DNA of 64,000 nucleotides from an uncultured Eubacteriales bacterium. Its GTDB lineage: Bacteria; Bacillota; Clostridia; Christensenellales; CAG-138. A model generated the notes under the pieces. That model was not told the origin of the DNA and did no database searches. It saw nothing but the letters and a program-made list of their open reading frames with translations. How positions within the stretch are numbered: position 1 is the stretch's first letter; each line of letters starts with the position of its first letter. The stretch spans positions 11,718-75,717 of the forward strand of contig UQOG01000002.1 of the NCBI GenBank assembly GCA_900542615.1, given 5' to 3'. Positions 35,518-43,664 of this stretch are shown here, in pieces. Made by a program: the position numbers and the translations under genes.

Positions 35518-35901
35518 ATGCGTAAATTCATCGTCAACGTCAACGGTTCTTCTTATGAAGTTGAAGTAGAAGAGATCGTCGCCGGCGCCGCGCCCGTTGC
35601 GGCTCCCGCCGCCCCTGCCGCCCCCGCTGCGCCCGCGCCTGCTCCTGCTCCCGCCCCTGTGGCTGCGCCCGTGCAGGCTGCCGCCGGCCAGGAGTCCGTG
35701 GAAGCGCCCATGCCCGGCAACATCATGGATGTGCGGGTCAAGGTGGGCGACGCGGTGAAGAGCGGCGATGTGCTGGCCATTTTGGAAGCGATGAAGATGG
35801 AAAATGAGATCATGGCCCCCCGGGATGGCAAGGTGGTGGCCGTAAACGTGGCCAAGGGCGCTACCGTCAATTCCGGCGACGTGCTGGTGGTGCTGGCCTA
35901 A
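35518..35901 (+). CDS. biotin carboxyl carrier subunit (biotinyl domain)
   Basis: Pro/Ala linker followed by a biotinyl/lipoyl domain with the attachment motif LEAMKMENEI. 127 aa. Confidence 0.85.
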   Translation: MRKFIVNVNGSSYEVEVEEIVAGAAPVAAPAAPAAPAAPAPAPAPAPVAAPVQAAAGQESVEAPMPGNIMDVRVKVGDAVKSGDVLAILEAMKMENEIMAPRDGKVVAVNVAKGATVNSGDVLVVLA

Positions 35902-35948
35902 GGCGTGTCCCCGCCCTCCCGGCGCGCCCGACCAGCCGCCGGGGGAGC

Positions 35949-36005
35949 GCCCCATTCGCCCAGGCCCGGACGAATGGGGCCCAACATGGCTGCTTATAAG
36001 CCATG
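35949..36005 (+). other. two intra-operon stem-loops between the biotin carrier and beta-subunit genes
   Basis: GCCCCATTCG / CGAATGGGGC (10 bp, 35949..35980) and CATGGCT / AGCCATG (7 bp, 35985..36005). No T-run follows either. Confidence 0.4.
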
Positions 36006-36028
36006 CCGACTGACCTAAGGAGTTCTTC

Positions 36029-37225
36029 ATGCAGAATTATATCGAACCAATTCAGGACTTTCTTAAGTCCACGGGTTTTTCTCAGCTGGTCGAAAATCCG
36101 CTGTGCCTGGTGATGATCGCCATCGCCTGCCTGTTGATGTATTTGGCCATCGTGAAGAAGTACGAACCCATGCTGCTGTTGACCATCGCCTTCGGTATGC
36201 TGCTGACCAACCTGCCCGGCGCCAACATGTACCATACCTACCTCTATGAGGGCGGACATGTGAACTGGGCCCAGTTCAGCCAGGATGCGGGCTTGATCGA
36301 CTATCTGTACCTGGGCGTGAAGCTGGGGATCTACCCATCCCTGATCTTCATGGGGGTAGGCGCCATGACGGACTTTGGCCCCTTGATCGCCAACCCCCGC
36401 AGCCTGCTGCTGGGCGCGGCTGCCCAGCTGGGCATCTTCGTGGCCTTCATGGGCGCGCTGGCCCTTTCCGATATTTTCCCCGGGATCCAGTTTGGCTATA
36501 ACGAAGCCGCGTCCATCGGCATCATCGGCGGCGCGGACGGCCCCACGGCCATCTATGTGACCTCCCAGTTGGCCCCGGCCCTCCTGGGCCCCATCGCGGT
36601 GGCGGCCTATAGCTACATGGCCCTGGTCCCCGTGATCCAGCCCCCCATCATGAAGGCGCTGACCACCAAGGCGGAACGCAAGATCGTCATGAAACAGCTT
36701 CGCCCGGTTTCCAAGGCGGAAAAGATCGTATTCCCCATCGTGGTGACCATTTTCGTTTCCCTGCTCCTGCCCTCCGCCGCGCCGTTGATCGGTATGCTGA
36801 TGCTGGGCAACCTGTTCCGGGAATGCGGGGTGGTGGACCGCCTCAGCAAAACCGCTCAGAACGAGCTGATCAACATCGTTACCATTTTCCTGGGGGTTTC
36901 CGTTGGCGCCACCGCCACCGCCGAAGCCTTCCTCAACGGGCAGACCTTGGGCATCTTCGCCATGGGCGTGATCGCATTCGCCTTTGGTACGGCTGGCGGC
37001 GTGCTGCTTGCCAAGCTGATGAACCTGTTCTCCAAGGATAAGATCAATCCCCTTATCGGCTCCGCCGGCGTATCCGCCGTGCCCATGGCCGCCCGGGTAT
37101 CCCAGGTGGTGGGCCAGAAGGAGAATCCCGGTAACTTCCTGCTCATGCATGCCATGGGCCCCAATGTGGCCGGCGTTATCGGCAGCGCCATTGCCGCGGG
37201 CGTGTTCCTGGCGCTGTTCCTCTAA
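36029..37225 (+). CDS. oadB: Na+-translocating decarboxylase beta subunit (OadB/GcdB/MmdB family)
   Basis: 398-aa polytopic membrane protein with family motifs [39 protein letters not shown] and [15 protein letters not shown]. Confidence 0.9.
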   Translation: MQNYIEPIQDFLKSTGFSQLVENPLCLVMIAIACLLMYLAIVKKYEPMLLLTIAFGMLLTNLPGANMYHTYLYEGGHVNWAQFSQDAGLIDYLYLGVKLGIYPSLIFMGVGAMTDFGPLIANPRSLLLGAAAQLGIFVAFMGALALSDIFPGIQFGYNEAASIGIIGGADGPTAIYVTSQLAPALLGPIAVAAYSYMALVPVIQPPIMKALTTKAERKIVMKQLRPVSKAEKIVFPIVVTIFVSLLLPSAAPLIGMLMLGNLFRECGVVDRLSKTAQNELINIVTIFLGVSVGATATAEAFLNGQTLGIFAMGVIAFAFGTAGGVLLAKLMNLFSKDKINPLIGSAGVSAVPMAARVSQVVGQKENPGNFLLMHAMGPNVAGVIGSAIAAGVFLALFL

Positions 37226-37263
37226 TGCCCGTGCCCTCTACCGTCTTTTAGGAGGTTTATTGA

Positions 37264-38727
37264 ATGGCACATAAACTCATGATCACCGATACCATCCTGC
37301 GCGATGCCCACCAGTCCCAGGCGGCCACCCGTATGCGGGTGGAGGATATGCTCCCCGCCTGCGATATCCTGGACAGCATCGGCTATTATTCCCTGGAATG
37401 CTGGGGCGGCGCCACCTTTGACAGCTGCCTGCGCTTCCTGAACGAAGATCCCTGGGACCGGCTCCGCAAGCTGAAGAAGGCACTGCCCCATACCAAGCTG
37501 CAGATGCTGTTCCGGGGCCAGAACATCCTGGGCTACAAGCACTATGCCGACGACGTGGTGGAGCAGTTCTGCCGCAAGGCCATTGAAAACGGCATCGATG
37601 TGATCCGTATTTTCGACGCCCTGAACGATGTGCGCAACCTGGAAGCCGCCATCAAGTACACCAAGAAGTACGGCGGCATCTGCGAGCCCGCCATCAGCTA
37701 CACCATCAGCCCGGTACACAACGAGGATTATTTCGTCAAGCTGGCCAAGGAACTGGTGCAGATGGGCGCGGACAATATCTGCATCAAGGATATGGCCAAC
37801 CTGCTGCTGCCCTATGACGCCTATTCCCTGGTGAAGCGGCTCAAGAGCGAGGTGGATGTGCCCATTCACCTGCATACCCACAACACCACCGGCACCGGCG
37901 ATATGACCTATCTGATGGCCGTGCAGGCGGGGGTGGATATCGTGGATTGCGCCCTGTCCCCCTTGGCCAACGGTACGTCCCAGCCCGCCACGGAATCCCT
38001 GGTGGCGACCCTGAAGGGGACGGAATACGATACCGGCTACGACCTGGAGCTGCTGGCCAAGGCGGCCAAGCATTTCCGCGGCGTGGCCCAGAAGCTCAAG
38101 GAGCAGGGCAGCCTGGACCCCAAGGTGCTCAGCGTGGATACCAACACCCTGATCTACCAGGTGCCCGGCGGTATGCTCAGCAACCTGATCTCCCAGCTGA
38201 AGCAGGCGGGGAAGGAGGAGAAGTACTATGACGTGCTGGCGGAGATCCCGGTGGTGCGCAAGGACTTCGGCTATCCGCCCCTGGTGACCCCCACCAGCCA
38301 GATCGTAGGCACCCAGGCCGTGTTCAACGTGCTCATGGGCCGGTACAAGACCTTCCCCAAGGAATCCAAGGCCTTGCTGGCCGGCGAATACGGCGCCCTG
38401 CCCGGCGTGGTCAACGAGGAAGTGCGCAAGATGGCCATTGGCGACAAGGAGCCCATTACCTGCCGCCCGGCCGATCTCCTGGCTCCCGAGCTGGATAAAT
38501 ACCGGGAGGAGATCAAGGACTACATGGAGCAGGAAGAGGACGTGCTCAGCTACGCCCTGTTCCCCCAGGTGGCCATGAAGTTCTTCGAGGCCAGGAAGGC
38601 GGCCCGGGAACCCAAGCCCGCAGAACCCGCGCCCGCCCCGGCGCCTGCACCGGTTGCGGCCCCCGCGCCTGCGCCTGCTGCGCCCGCCGGCGTCACCACC
38701 CTGTATGTGGAGGATCTCTCCATCTAA
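37264..38727 (+). CDS. oadA: oxaloacetate decarboxylase alpha-type carboxyltransferase subunit (no biotinyl domain)
   Basis: Contains ITDTILRDAHQSQAATRM, IFDALND and HLHTHNTTGTG (HMGL-like TIM barrel), plus a PYC_OADA domain. It ends after a Pro/Ala linker without an AMKM motif. Confidence 0.88.
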   Translation: MAHKLMITDTILRDAHQSQAATRMRVEDMLPACDILDSIGYYSLECWGGATFDSCLRFLNEDPWDRLRKLKKALPHTKLQMLFRGQNILGYKHYADDVVEQFCRKAIENGIDVIRIFDALNDVRNLEAAIKYTKKYGGICEPAISYTISPVHNEDYFVKLAKELVQMGADNICIKDMANLLLPYDAYSLVKRLKSEVDVPIHLHTHNTTGTGDMTYLMAVQAGVDIVDCALSPLANGTSQPATESLVATLKGTEYDTGYDLELLAKAAKHFRGVAQKLKEQGSLDPKVLSVDTNTLIYQVPGGMLSNLISQLKQAGKEEKYYDVLAEIPVVRKDFGYPPLVTPTSQIVGTQAVFNVLMGRYKTFPKESKALLAGEYGALPGVVNEEVRKMAIGDKEPITCRPADLLAPELDKYREEIKDYMEQEEDVLSYALFPQVAMKFFEARKAAREPKPAEPAPAPAPAPVAAPAPAPAAPAGVTTLYVEDLSI

Positions 38728-38744
38728 CAACCCTTACATGCTGG

Positions 38745-38774
38745 AAGGGGGCTGGAACATCCGGCCCCCTTTTT
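38745..38774 (+). terminator. strong rho-independent terminator of the decarboxylase operon (repeat copy 1)
   Basis: AAGGGGGCTGG-aacat-CCGGCCCCCTT (11-bp stem including one G-U pair, 5-nt loop), followed by TTT. Confidence 0.8.
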
Positions 38775-39072
38775 GCGTGCCGGAAAGGGGGAACGGCCTT
38801 TGCCTCTCGCATTCGCTCCCGGGAGAAGCAGGAGGCTCCTTGAGGGTTCACCCCTGATTAGGGCCGGATGGGTCCTAAGGGGCTACCCCGGCTTTAGAAC
38901 GGCTGCAGGACAGGCGGTTTCAGCCCCGTTTGCGCTGCCGAAGGCTGTTCCGGCCAACCGGAACCGGCTTTGGCGGCGCAAGGCGGGAATCCGCGGGGAG
39001 AAGCCCCTGTACCCGGCCCCACGGAAGGCCGGGGGAGACCGGCATCCAGGCTCGCCGCCGTTGCACATCCGT

Positions 39073-39099
39073 AAGGGGGTGGAACATCCGGCCCCTTTT
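39073..39099 (+). repeat. second, slightly degenerate copy of the terminator hairpin element
   Basis: AAGGGGGTGGAACATCCGGCCCCTTTT differs from copy 1 by two single-base deletions, and its flanks are also similar (..ACAT.. upstream, GCG..GGAAAG downstream). It lies 328 bp downstream of copy 1 in a region with no gene. Confidence 0.5.
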
Positions 39100-39375
39100 C
39101 GCGCGTCTCGGGAAAGCTGCCGCCAACTTCTATGCGCGCTCACTGGATGGGATAAATCCGCAGCGGCTTCCCGCATGACAGGCGCCGGGGCCTATGATGA
39201 CCCCGAAAAGGCGGGGCAACGCGCACCCGCCCACCGTTTCCCGGCTTAGAGAAAGGGGAATGGGTGGTGACCCCATACCCATCCGAAATGCTTCCCCCCG
39301 GCAGCGAACCGATGGCAAAAGGAAGCTTTCATTTGCTTGCCTGTGCTGCAAGAATTGCATCCTATGGATTTTTTG

Positions 39376-39404
39376 TTGCCTTTTTTCCGGTGATTTGCTA
39401 CAAT
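39376..39404 (+). promoter_or_regulatory. sigma-A-type promoter candidate for surE
   Basis: TTGCCT (39376..39381), a 17-nt spacer, then TACAAT (39399..39404), about 55 nt upstream of the surE ATG. Confidence 0.4.
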
Positions 39405-39457
39405 AATGCAAGTACATGCAATTCTAGCGTCATTCTTGAAGGAGGCTCCTGGCGGAT

Positions 39458-40237
39458 ATGCACATCATGCTCACCAATGACGATGGGGTTTATGCCTATG
39501 GGATCCTGGCCCTGGCCAAGGCGTTGCTGCGCCAGGGGGAGAACCGGATCAGCATTGTGGCGCCGGACCGCGAGCAAAGCGGTACCGCCCATTCGTTTAC
39601 CTTTTTAACCCCCTTGCACGCTGAATCCACCGATCTGGAAGGGCTGGATGCGGGGACCGCCTTCCGGGTAAACGGCACGCCCACGGACTGTGTGAAGGTC
39701 GGGACCAGCAACCTGATGGGGGATAAGCCGGATTGTCTGATATCCGGGATCAATCATGGGCAAAATCTGGGCATAGACACCACCTATTCCGGCACGGTAT
39801 CCGCCGCGCTGGAGGGGGCGCTGCTGGGGATCCCCAGCATGGCGGTATCCCTGGTGGGGAGCATGAGAAAGCTGGGGGAGAAGAAGCAGGCCTTTTTTGA
39901 CGCGGCGGCGGACATCGCCGCAGAGCTGTTGCCCCGTTTCCTGAAAAGCGGTAGCCTGCTGTGGAACGTCAACATCCCCGCCCTGCCCAGGGAACAGTTG
40001 AAGGGCGTCCGTTTTACGCCCCTTGCCCGGCAGATCTACGACGGGATATACGAGGAGCGGGAGGACCCACGGGGCCGGCGGTATTTTTGGACGCCGGTCA
40101 GCGTGCACTATACCCACGACGCCCAGACGGATTGCGATATCCGCTGGGTGCAGGAAGGATATGTAGCCGTTACGCCCCTGGTGCAGGATATGACGGATTA
40201 CCAAGCCTTGCAGCGGATGCAGAACGAGGCGGAATAA
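39458..40237 (+). CDS. surE: 5'/3'-nucleotidase SurE
   Basis: MHIMLTNDDGVYAYGILALA...VAPDREQSGTAHS...ISGINHGQNLGIDTTYSGTVSAALEG. 259 aa. Confidence 0.9.
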   Translation: MHIMLTNDDGVYAYGILALAKALLRQGENRISIVAPDREQSGTAHSFTFLTPLHAESTDLEGLDAGTAFRVNGTPTDCVKVGTSNLMGDKPDCLISGINHGQNLGIDTTYSGTVSAALEGALLGIPSMAVSLVGSMRKLGEKKQAFFDAAADIAAELLPRFLKSGSLLWNVNIPALPREQLKGVRFTPLARQIYDGIYEEREDPRGRRYFWTPVSVHYTHDAQTDCDIRWVQEGYVAVTPLVQDMTDYQALQRMQNEAE

Positions 40238-40253
40238 GTAGAGGAGAGAATAT

Positions 40254-41141
40254 ATGGAAAACGCGGATCTGCTGGTTCGAATCAACCAAAATTTCAGCAG
40301 CTTCAGCAAAGGGCAACGGCTCTTGGCCAACTATATTATGGAGAATTACGACAAGGCGGCCTTCGTGACGGCCTCCCGTATGGGGCATACGGTGGGGGTC
40401 AGCGAGTCCACGGTGGTGCGTTTTGCCTATGCCCTGGGCTATGATGGCTATCCTGAATTGCAGCGGGCCTTGCAGGAGCTGATCCGCAACCGGCTTACCG
40501 CCGTGCAACGGATCCAGCTGACCTCCGAGCTGGACGAGGATGAGATCCTGACCAACGTGCTCAAAAGCGATATCGCCAACCTTCGGGCCACCATCGATAC
40601 GGCGGACAACGCCACCTTCAACCGGGTGGTGGACGAGCTGTTCCAGGCGAAGAAGGTCTACATCGTGGGCATGAAAAGCGCGTCGCCCCTGGCGCAGTTT
40701 TTGGGCTATTACCTGGGGTTCGTGCTGGACAACGTGGTGACGGTTAACGCTTCCTTTGGGGACGCCTACGAGAGCATGATCCGGGTGGGTCCGGAGGATC
40801 TATGCGTGGGCATCAGCTTCCCCCGGTATTCCTCCCGGACCGTAGAAGCCCTTTCCTTTGCAAAAAGCATGGGGGCCAAGGTCGTGGCCATTACGGACGG
40901 CATGTTTTCCCCCATTGCGGAATTGGCGGATTACGTGCTACTGGCCCATAGCGACATGGCTTCCTTTGCCGATTCCCTGACGGCGCCCTTGAGCCTGATC
41001 AACGCCATGATCGTGGCGGCAAGTATGCGTAGGCGGGACGATGTATACGACCGGCTGGATCAGCTGGAAAACCTCTGGCGCAGGCAAAAGGTCTATATGG
41101 CCGCCCGGGGGACAGACGGGGGAACGGAGCGGGATCGATGA
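40254..41141 (+). CDS. MurR/RpiR-family transcriptional regulator (HTH_6 + SIS)
   Basis: N-terminal HTH (FSKGQRLLANYIMENYDKAAFVTASRMGHTVGVSESTVVRFAYALGYDGYPELQ) and a C-terminal SIS domain (VYIVGMKSASPLA). Confidence 0.85.
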   Translation: MENADLLVRINQNFSSFSKGQRLLANYIMENYDKAAFVTASRMGHTVGVSESTVVRFAYALGYDGYPELQRALQELIRNRLTAVQRIQLTSELDEDEILTNVLKSDIANLRATIDTADNATFNRVVDELFQAKKVYIVGMKSASPLAQFLGYYLGFVLDNVVTVNASFGDAYESMIRVGPEDLCVGISFPRYSSRTVEALSFAKSMGAKVVAITDGMFSPIAELADYVLLAHSDMASFADSLTAPLSLINAMIVAASMRRRDDVYDRLDQLENLWRRQKVYMAARGTDGGTERDR

Positions 41142-42370
41142 AGCGGATCGCGGTGATCGGCGGCGGCCCGGCCGGTATGCTGGCCGCAGCGGAGGCGGCC
41201 GGCATGGGGAACCAGGTCATCCTGCTGGAGCAAAACGAGAAAACAGGCAAGAAGCTCTATATCACCGGCAAGGGCCGTTGCAACCTGACCAACGCCTGCC
41301 CGGTGGAGGAAATGTTCGACAACATTCCCCGCAACCCCAAGTTCCTGTACAGCGCCCTGTACGGCTTTACCAACCGGGACGTGATGGCCCTGGTGGAGTC
41401 CATGGGGGTCAAGCTGAAGGTGGAGCGGGGCCAGCGGGTGTTTCCGGAATCGGATCGCGCCAGCGATGTGATCAAGGCCCTCAACGCCTACATGCAGGCC
41501 AAAGGCGTGGAGGTGCGGCTGCACAGCCGTGTGGAGGCGTTGAAAACGGACCAAGGGGGCTTCATCGTAACGGTCAACGGCCAGGAGCTACCCGTTGCAG
41601 CGGTGATTTTGGCCACCGGCGGGAAAAGCTATCCTTCAACGGGATCGGATGGTTCCGGGTATGAATTGGCCCGGCGCTTGGGCCATACCCTCGTCCCCTG
41701 CAAGCCCTCCCTGGTGCCCCTGGAGACGGAGGAGGCCTGGCCGCAAAAGGCCATGGGCCTTTCTTTGCGGAACGTGCGGCTCCAGGCCATGCAACGGGGC
41801 AGGACGGTGTTTTCCGAGCTGGGGGAGCTGCTGTTTACCCACTTCGGGGTATCGGGCCCGCTGGTGCTGTCTGCCAGCAGCCGCATCGCGGAGGATCCAA
41901 GGGGCTGCCGCCTTTCCATCGATCTGAAGCCCGGCTTGGACCCGGAGGCCTTGGACCGGCGGGTGCAACGGGATTTTGAAAAGAATAACCGGCGGCAGTT
42001 TGCCAATAGCCTAGGGGAGCTTTTGCCGGCCAAGCTCATACCGGTGCTGGTGGAGCTTTCCGGGATACCGGGGGATATAGGCGTTAGCAGCATTACCCGG
42101 GCCCAGCGGCAGCGGTTTTGCGGGCTGCTGAAGGACTTGCCGTTGACCGTGAAGGGCCCCCGGGACATCCAGGAAGCGGTGATCACCCGGGGCGGCATCC
42201 CGGTGAAGGAGGTGGACCCGTCCACCATGGGCTCCAAGCTGGTGAAGGGCTTGTACTTTGCCGGAGAGATGCTGGATGTGGACGCCTATACCGGCGGCTT
42301 CAATTTGCAGATCGCCTGCTCCACCGGGGTGTTGGCCGGACGCAGCGCGGGCGCGGCCGAAAGGGGATAA
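41138..42370 (+). CDS. HI0933/BaiN-like NAD(P)/FAD-dependent oxidoreductase
   Basis: Rossmann motif IAVIGGGPAGMLAA, YITGKGRCNLTN, and FAGEMLDVDAYTGGFNLQ at the C-terminus. 410 aa. Confidence 0.8.
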   Translation: MKRIAVIGGGPAGMLAAAEAAGMGNQVILLEQNEKTGKKLYITGKGRCNLTNACPVEEMFDNIPRNPKFLYSALYGFTNRDVMALVESMGVKLKVERGQRVFPESDRASDVIKALNAYMQAKGVEVRLHSRVEALKTDQGGFIVTVNGQELPVAAVILATGGKSYPSTGSDGSGYELARRLGHTLVPCKPSLVPLETEEAWPQKAMGLSLRNVRLQAMQRGRTVFSELGELLFTHFGVSGPLVLSASSRIAEDPRGCRLSIDLKPGLDPEALDRRVQRDFEKNNRRQFANSLGELLPAKLIPVLVELSGIPGDIGVSSITRAQRQRFCGLLKDLPLTVKGPRDIQEAVITRGGIPVKEVDPSTMGSKLVKGLYFAGEMLDVDAYTGGFNLQIACSTGVLAGRSAGAAERG

Positions 42371-42378
42371 ATGTAGCC

Positions 42379-43065
42379 ATGTATTTGAATATCGCAATCG
42401 ACGGCCCTGCAGGGGCGGGGAAGAGCACCATCGCCAAGGCGGTGGCACAGGCGCTGGGCATCCTGTACCTGGACACGGGGGCCATGTATCGGGCCATGGC
42501 CCTGAAAGCCCTGCGGGCAGGGGTTGACCCCCAGGACCCGGAAGCGGTGGAACCATTGCTACCGGATACGGATATCTTTGCAAGGAATATAGATGGGGTG
42601 CAGCACACCTATCTGGACGGGGAGGATGTATCCCAGCTGCTGCGGACCCAGGAAATGGCCAGGGCCGCCTCGGACATAAGCGCCATACCCCAGGTGCGCA
42701 TCAAGCTGGCCCAGGTGCAGCGTGCCGTGGCCCAGGCGGGGGATGTGGTGATGGATGGGCGGGAGATCGGCTCCTATGTGCTGCCGGATACGCCCCATAA
42801 GTTCTTTGTGACCGCGTCCCTGGAGGAGCGGGCCAGACGCCGCTGGACCGAGCTGCAGGCAGCCGGGAAGGCCGGCGGCCGCACCTTGGCAGACATTCAG
42901 GCGGAGGTAGCCCAGCGGGATTACAACGATTCCCACCGGGCGTTTGCACCCTTGGTGCAGGTGCCCGACGCGGTGGTGATCGACACCACCCATATGTCCA
43001 TTTCCCAGGCGGTGGATGCGGTGCTGAATAAATTGCCGGGCAAAGGCGAGGTGGAGCCAACATGA
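42379..43065 (+). CDS. cmk: cytidylate kinase
   Basis: IAIDGPAGAGKSTIAKAVAQALGILYLDTGAMYRA. Start ATG 42379. Confidence 0.92.
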   Translation: MYLNIAIDGPAGAGKSTIAKAVAQALGILYLDTGAMYRAMALKALRAGVDPQDPEAVEPLLPDTDIFARNIDGVQHTYLDGEDVSQLLRTQEMARAASDISAIPQVRIKLAQVQRAVAQAGDVVMDGREIGSYVLPDTPHKFFVTASLEERARRRWTELQAAGKAGGRTLADIQAEVAQRDYNDSHRAFAPLVQVPDAVVIDTTHMSISQAVDAVLNKLPGKGEVEPT

Positions 43066-43664
43066 TCTATTTTTTTGGGAAATATATCCTAGGCCCGTTC
43101 ATTCTCCTTTTTTGGCGGCCCCGGGTATTCGGCGGGAAGCATCTTAGCGTGAAAGGCCCTGCCATTTTTATCGCCAACCATCTTTCCATGGCGGATCCGC
43201 TTTTGATCGCCCTTTTAAGCCCCCGGGTGGTCCATTTCATGGCCAAAAAGGAGATCTTCCAAAACCCCATCGGGCGGTGGTTTTTCCAGGCGCTGTTCGC
43301 CTTCCCCATCAACCGGAAAACGGCGGATCTGGCTTCCTTGCGCAACGCTATGACGGTACTGCACCAGGGAAAGGTGTTTGGGATCTTCCCGGAGGGCAAG
43401 CGATCCATTACCTATGCGCTGGATGAGCTGGAGCATGGGGCCGCGTTTTTGGCCCTAAGGAGCGGGGCGCCCCTGGTGCCCATCTACATCCATCCCAGCA
43501 GCTATCGCACCTGCCGGCCCAAGGTTTATGTCGGAGAACCCTTAAATCCGGCAGCCATCGTGGAAGGCGTGTCCCGGCCGGAACAGGCCGGGGTGCTGAC
43601 GGCGGCCATGGAAGCCGCCCTGCTGGATAACCGGGAGAAACTGGAGGCGGCCCTATGCAGGTGA
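43062..43664 (+). CDS. plsC: 1-acyl-sn-glycerol-3-phosphate acyltransferase
   Basis: HX4D motif ANHLSMADP and FPEGKRS. 200 aa. ATGA overlap with cmk. Confidence 0.85.
   Translation: MIYFFGKYILGPFILLFWRPRVFGGKHLSVKGPAIFIANHLSMADPLLIALLSPRVVHFMAKKEIFQNPIGRWFFQALFAFPINRKTADLASLRNAMTVLHQGKVFGIFPEGKRSITYALDELEHGAAFLALRSGAPLVPIYIHPSSYRTCRPKVYVGEPLNPAAIVEGVSRPEQAGVLTAAMEAALLDNREKLEAALCR

Noticed and set aside
38773-39249. A 158-aa + strand ORF, and overlapping minus-strand ORFs, in the oadA-surE spacer as possible novel genes. I also considered a decayed biotinyl domain of oadA.
   Set aside because: The translation is Arg/Pro/Gly/Ala-rich with no hydrophobic core pattern, no SD and no family motif. 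None of the supplied frame translations contains an (E)AMKM biotinylation motif. I report the region as non-coding orphan sequence instead.
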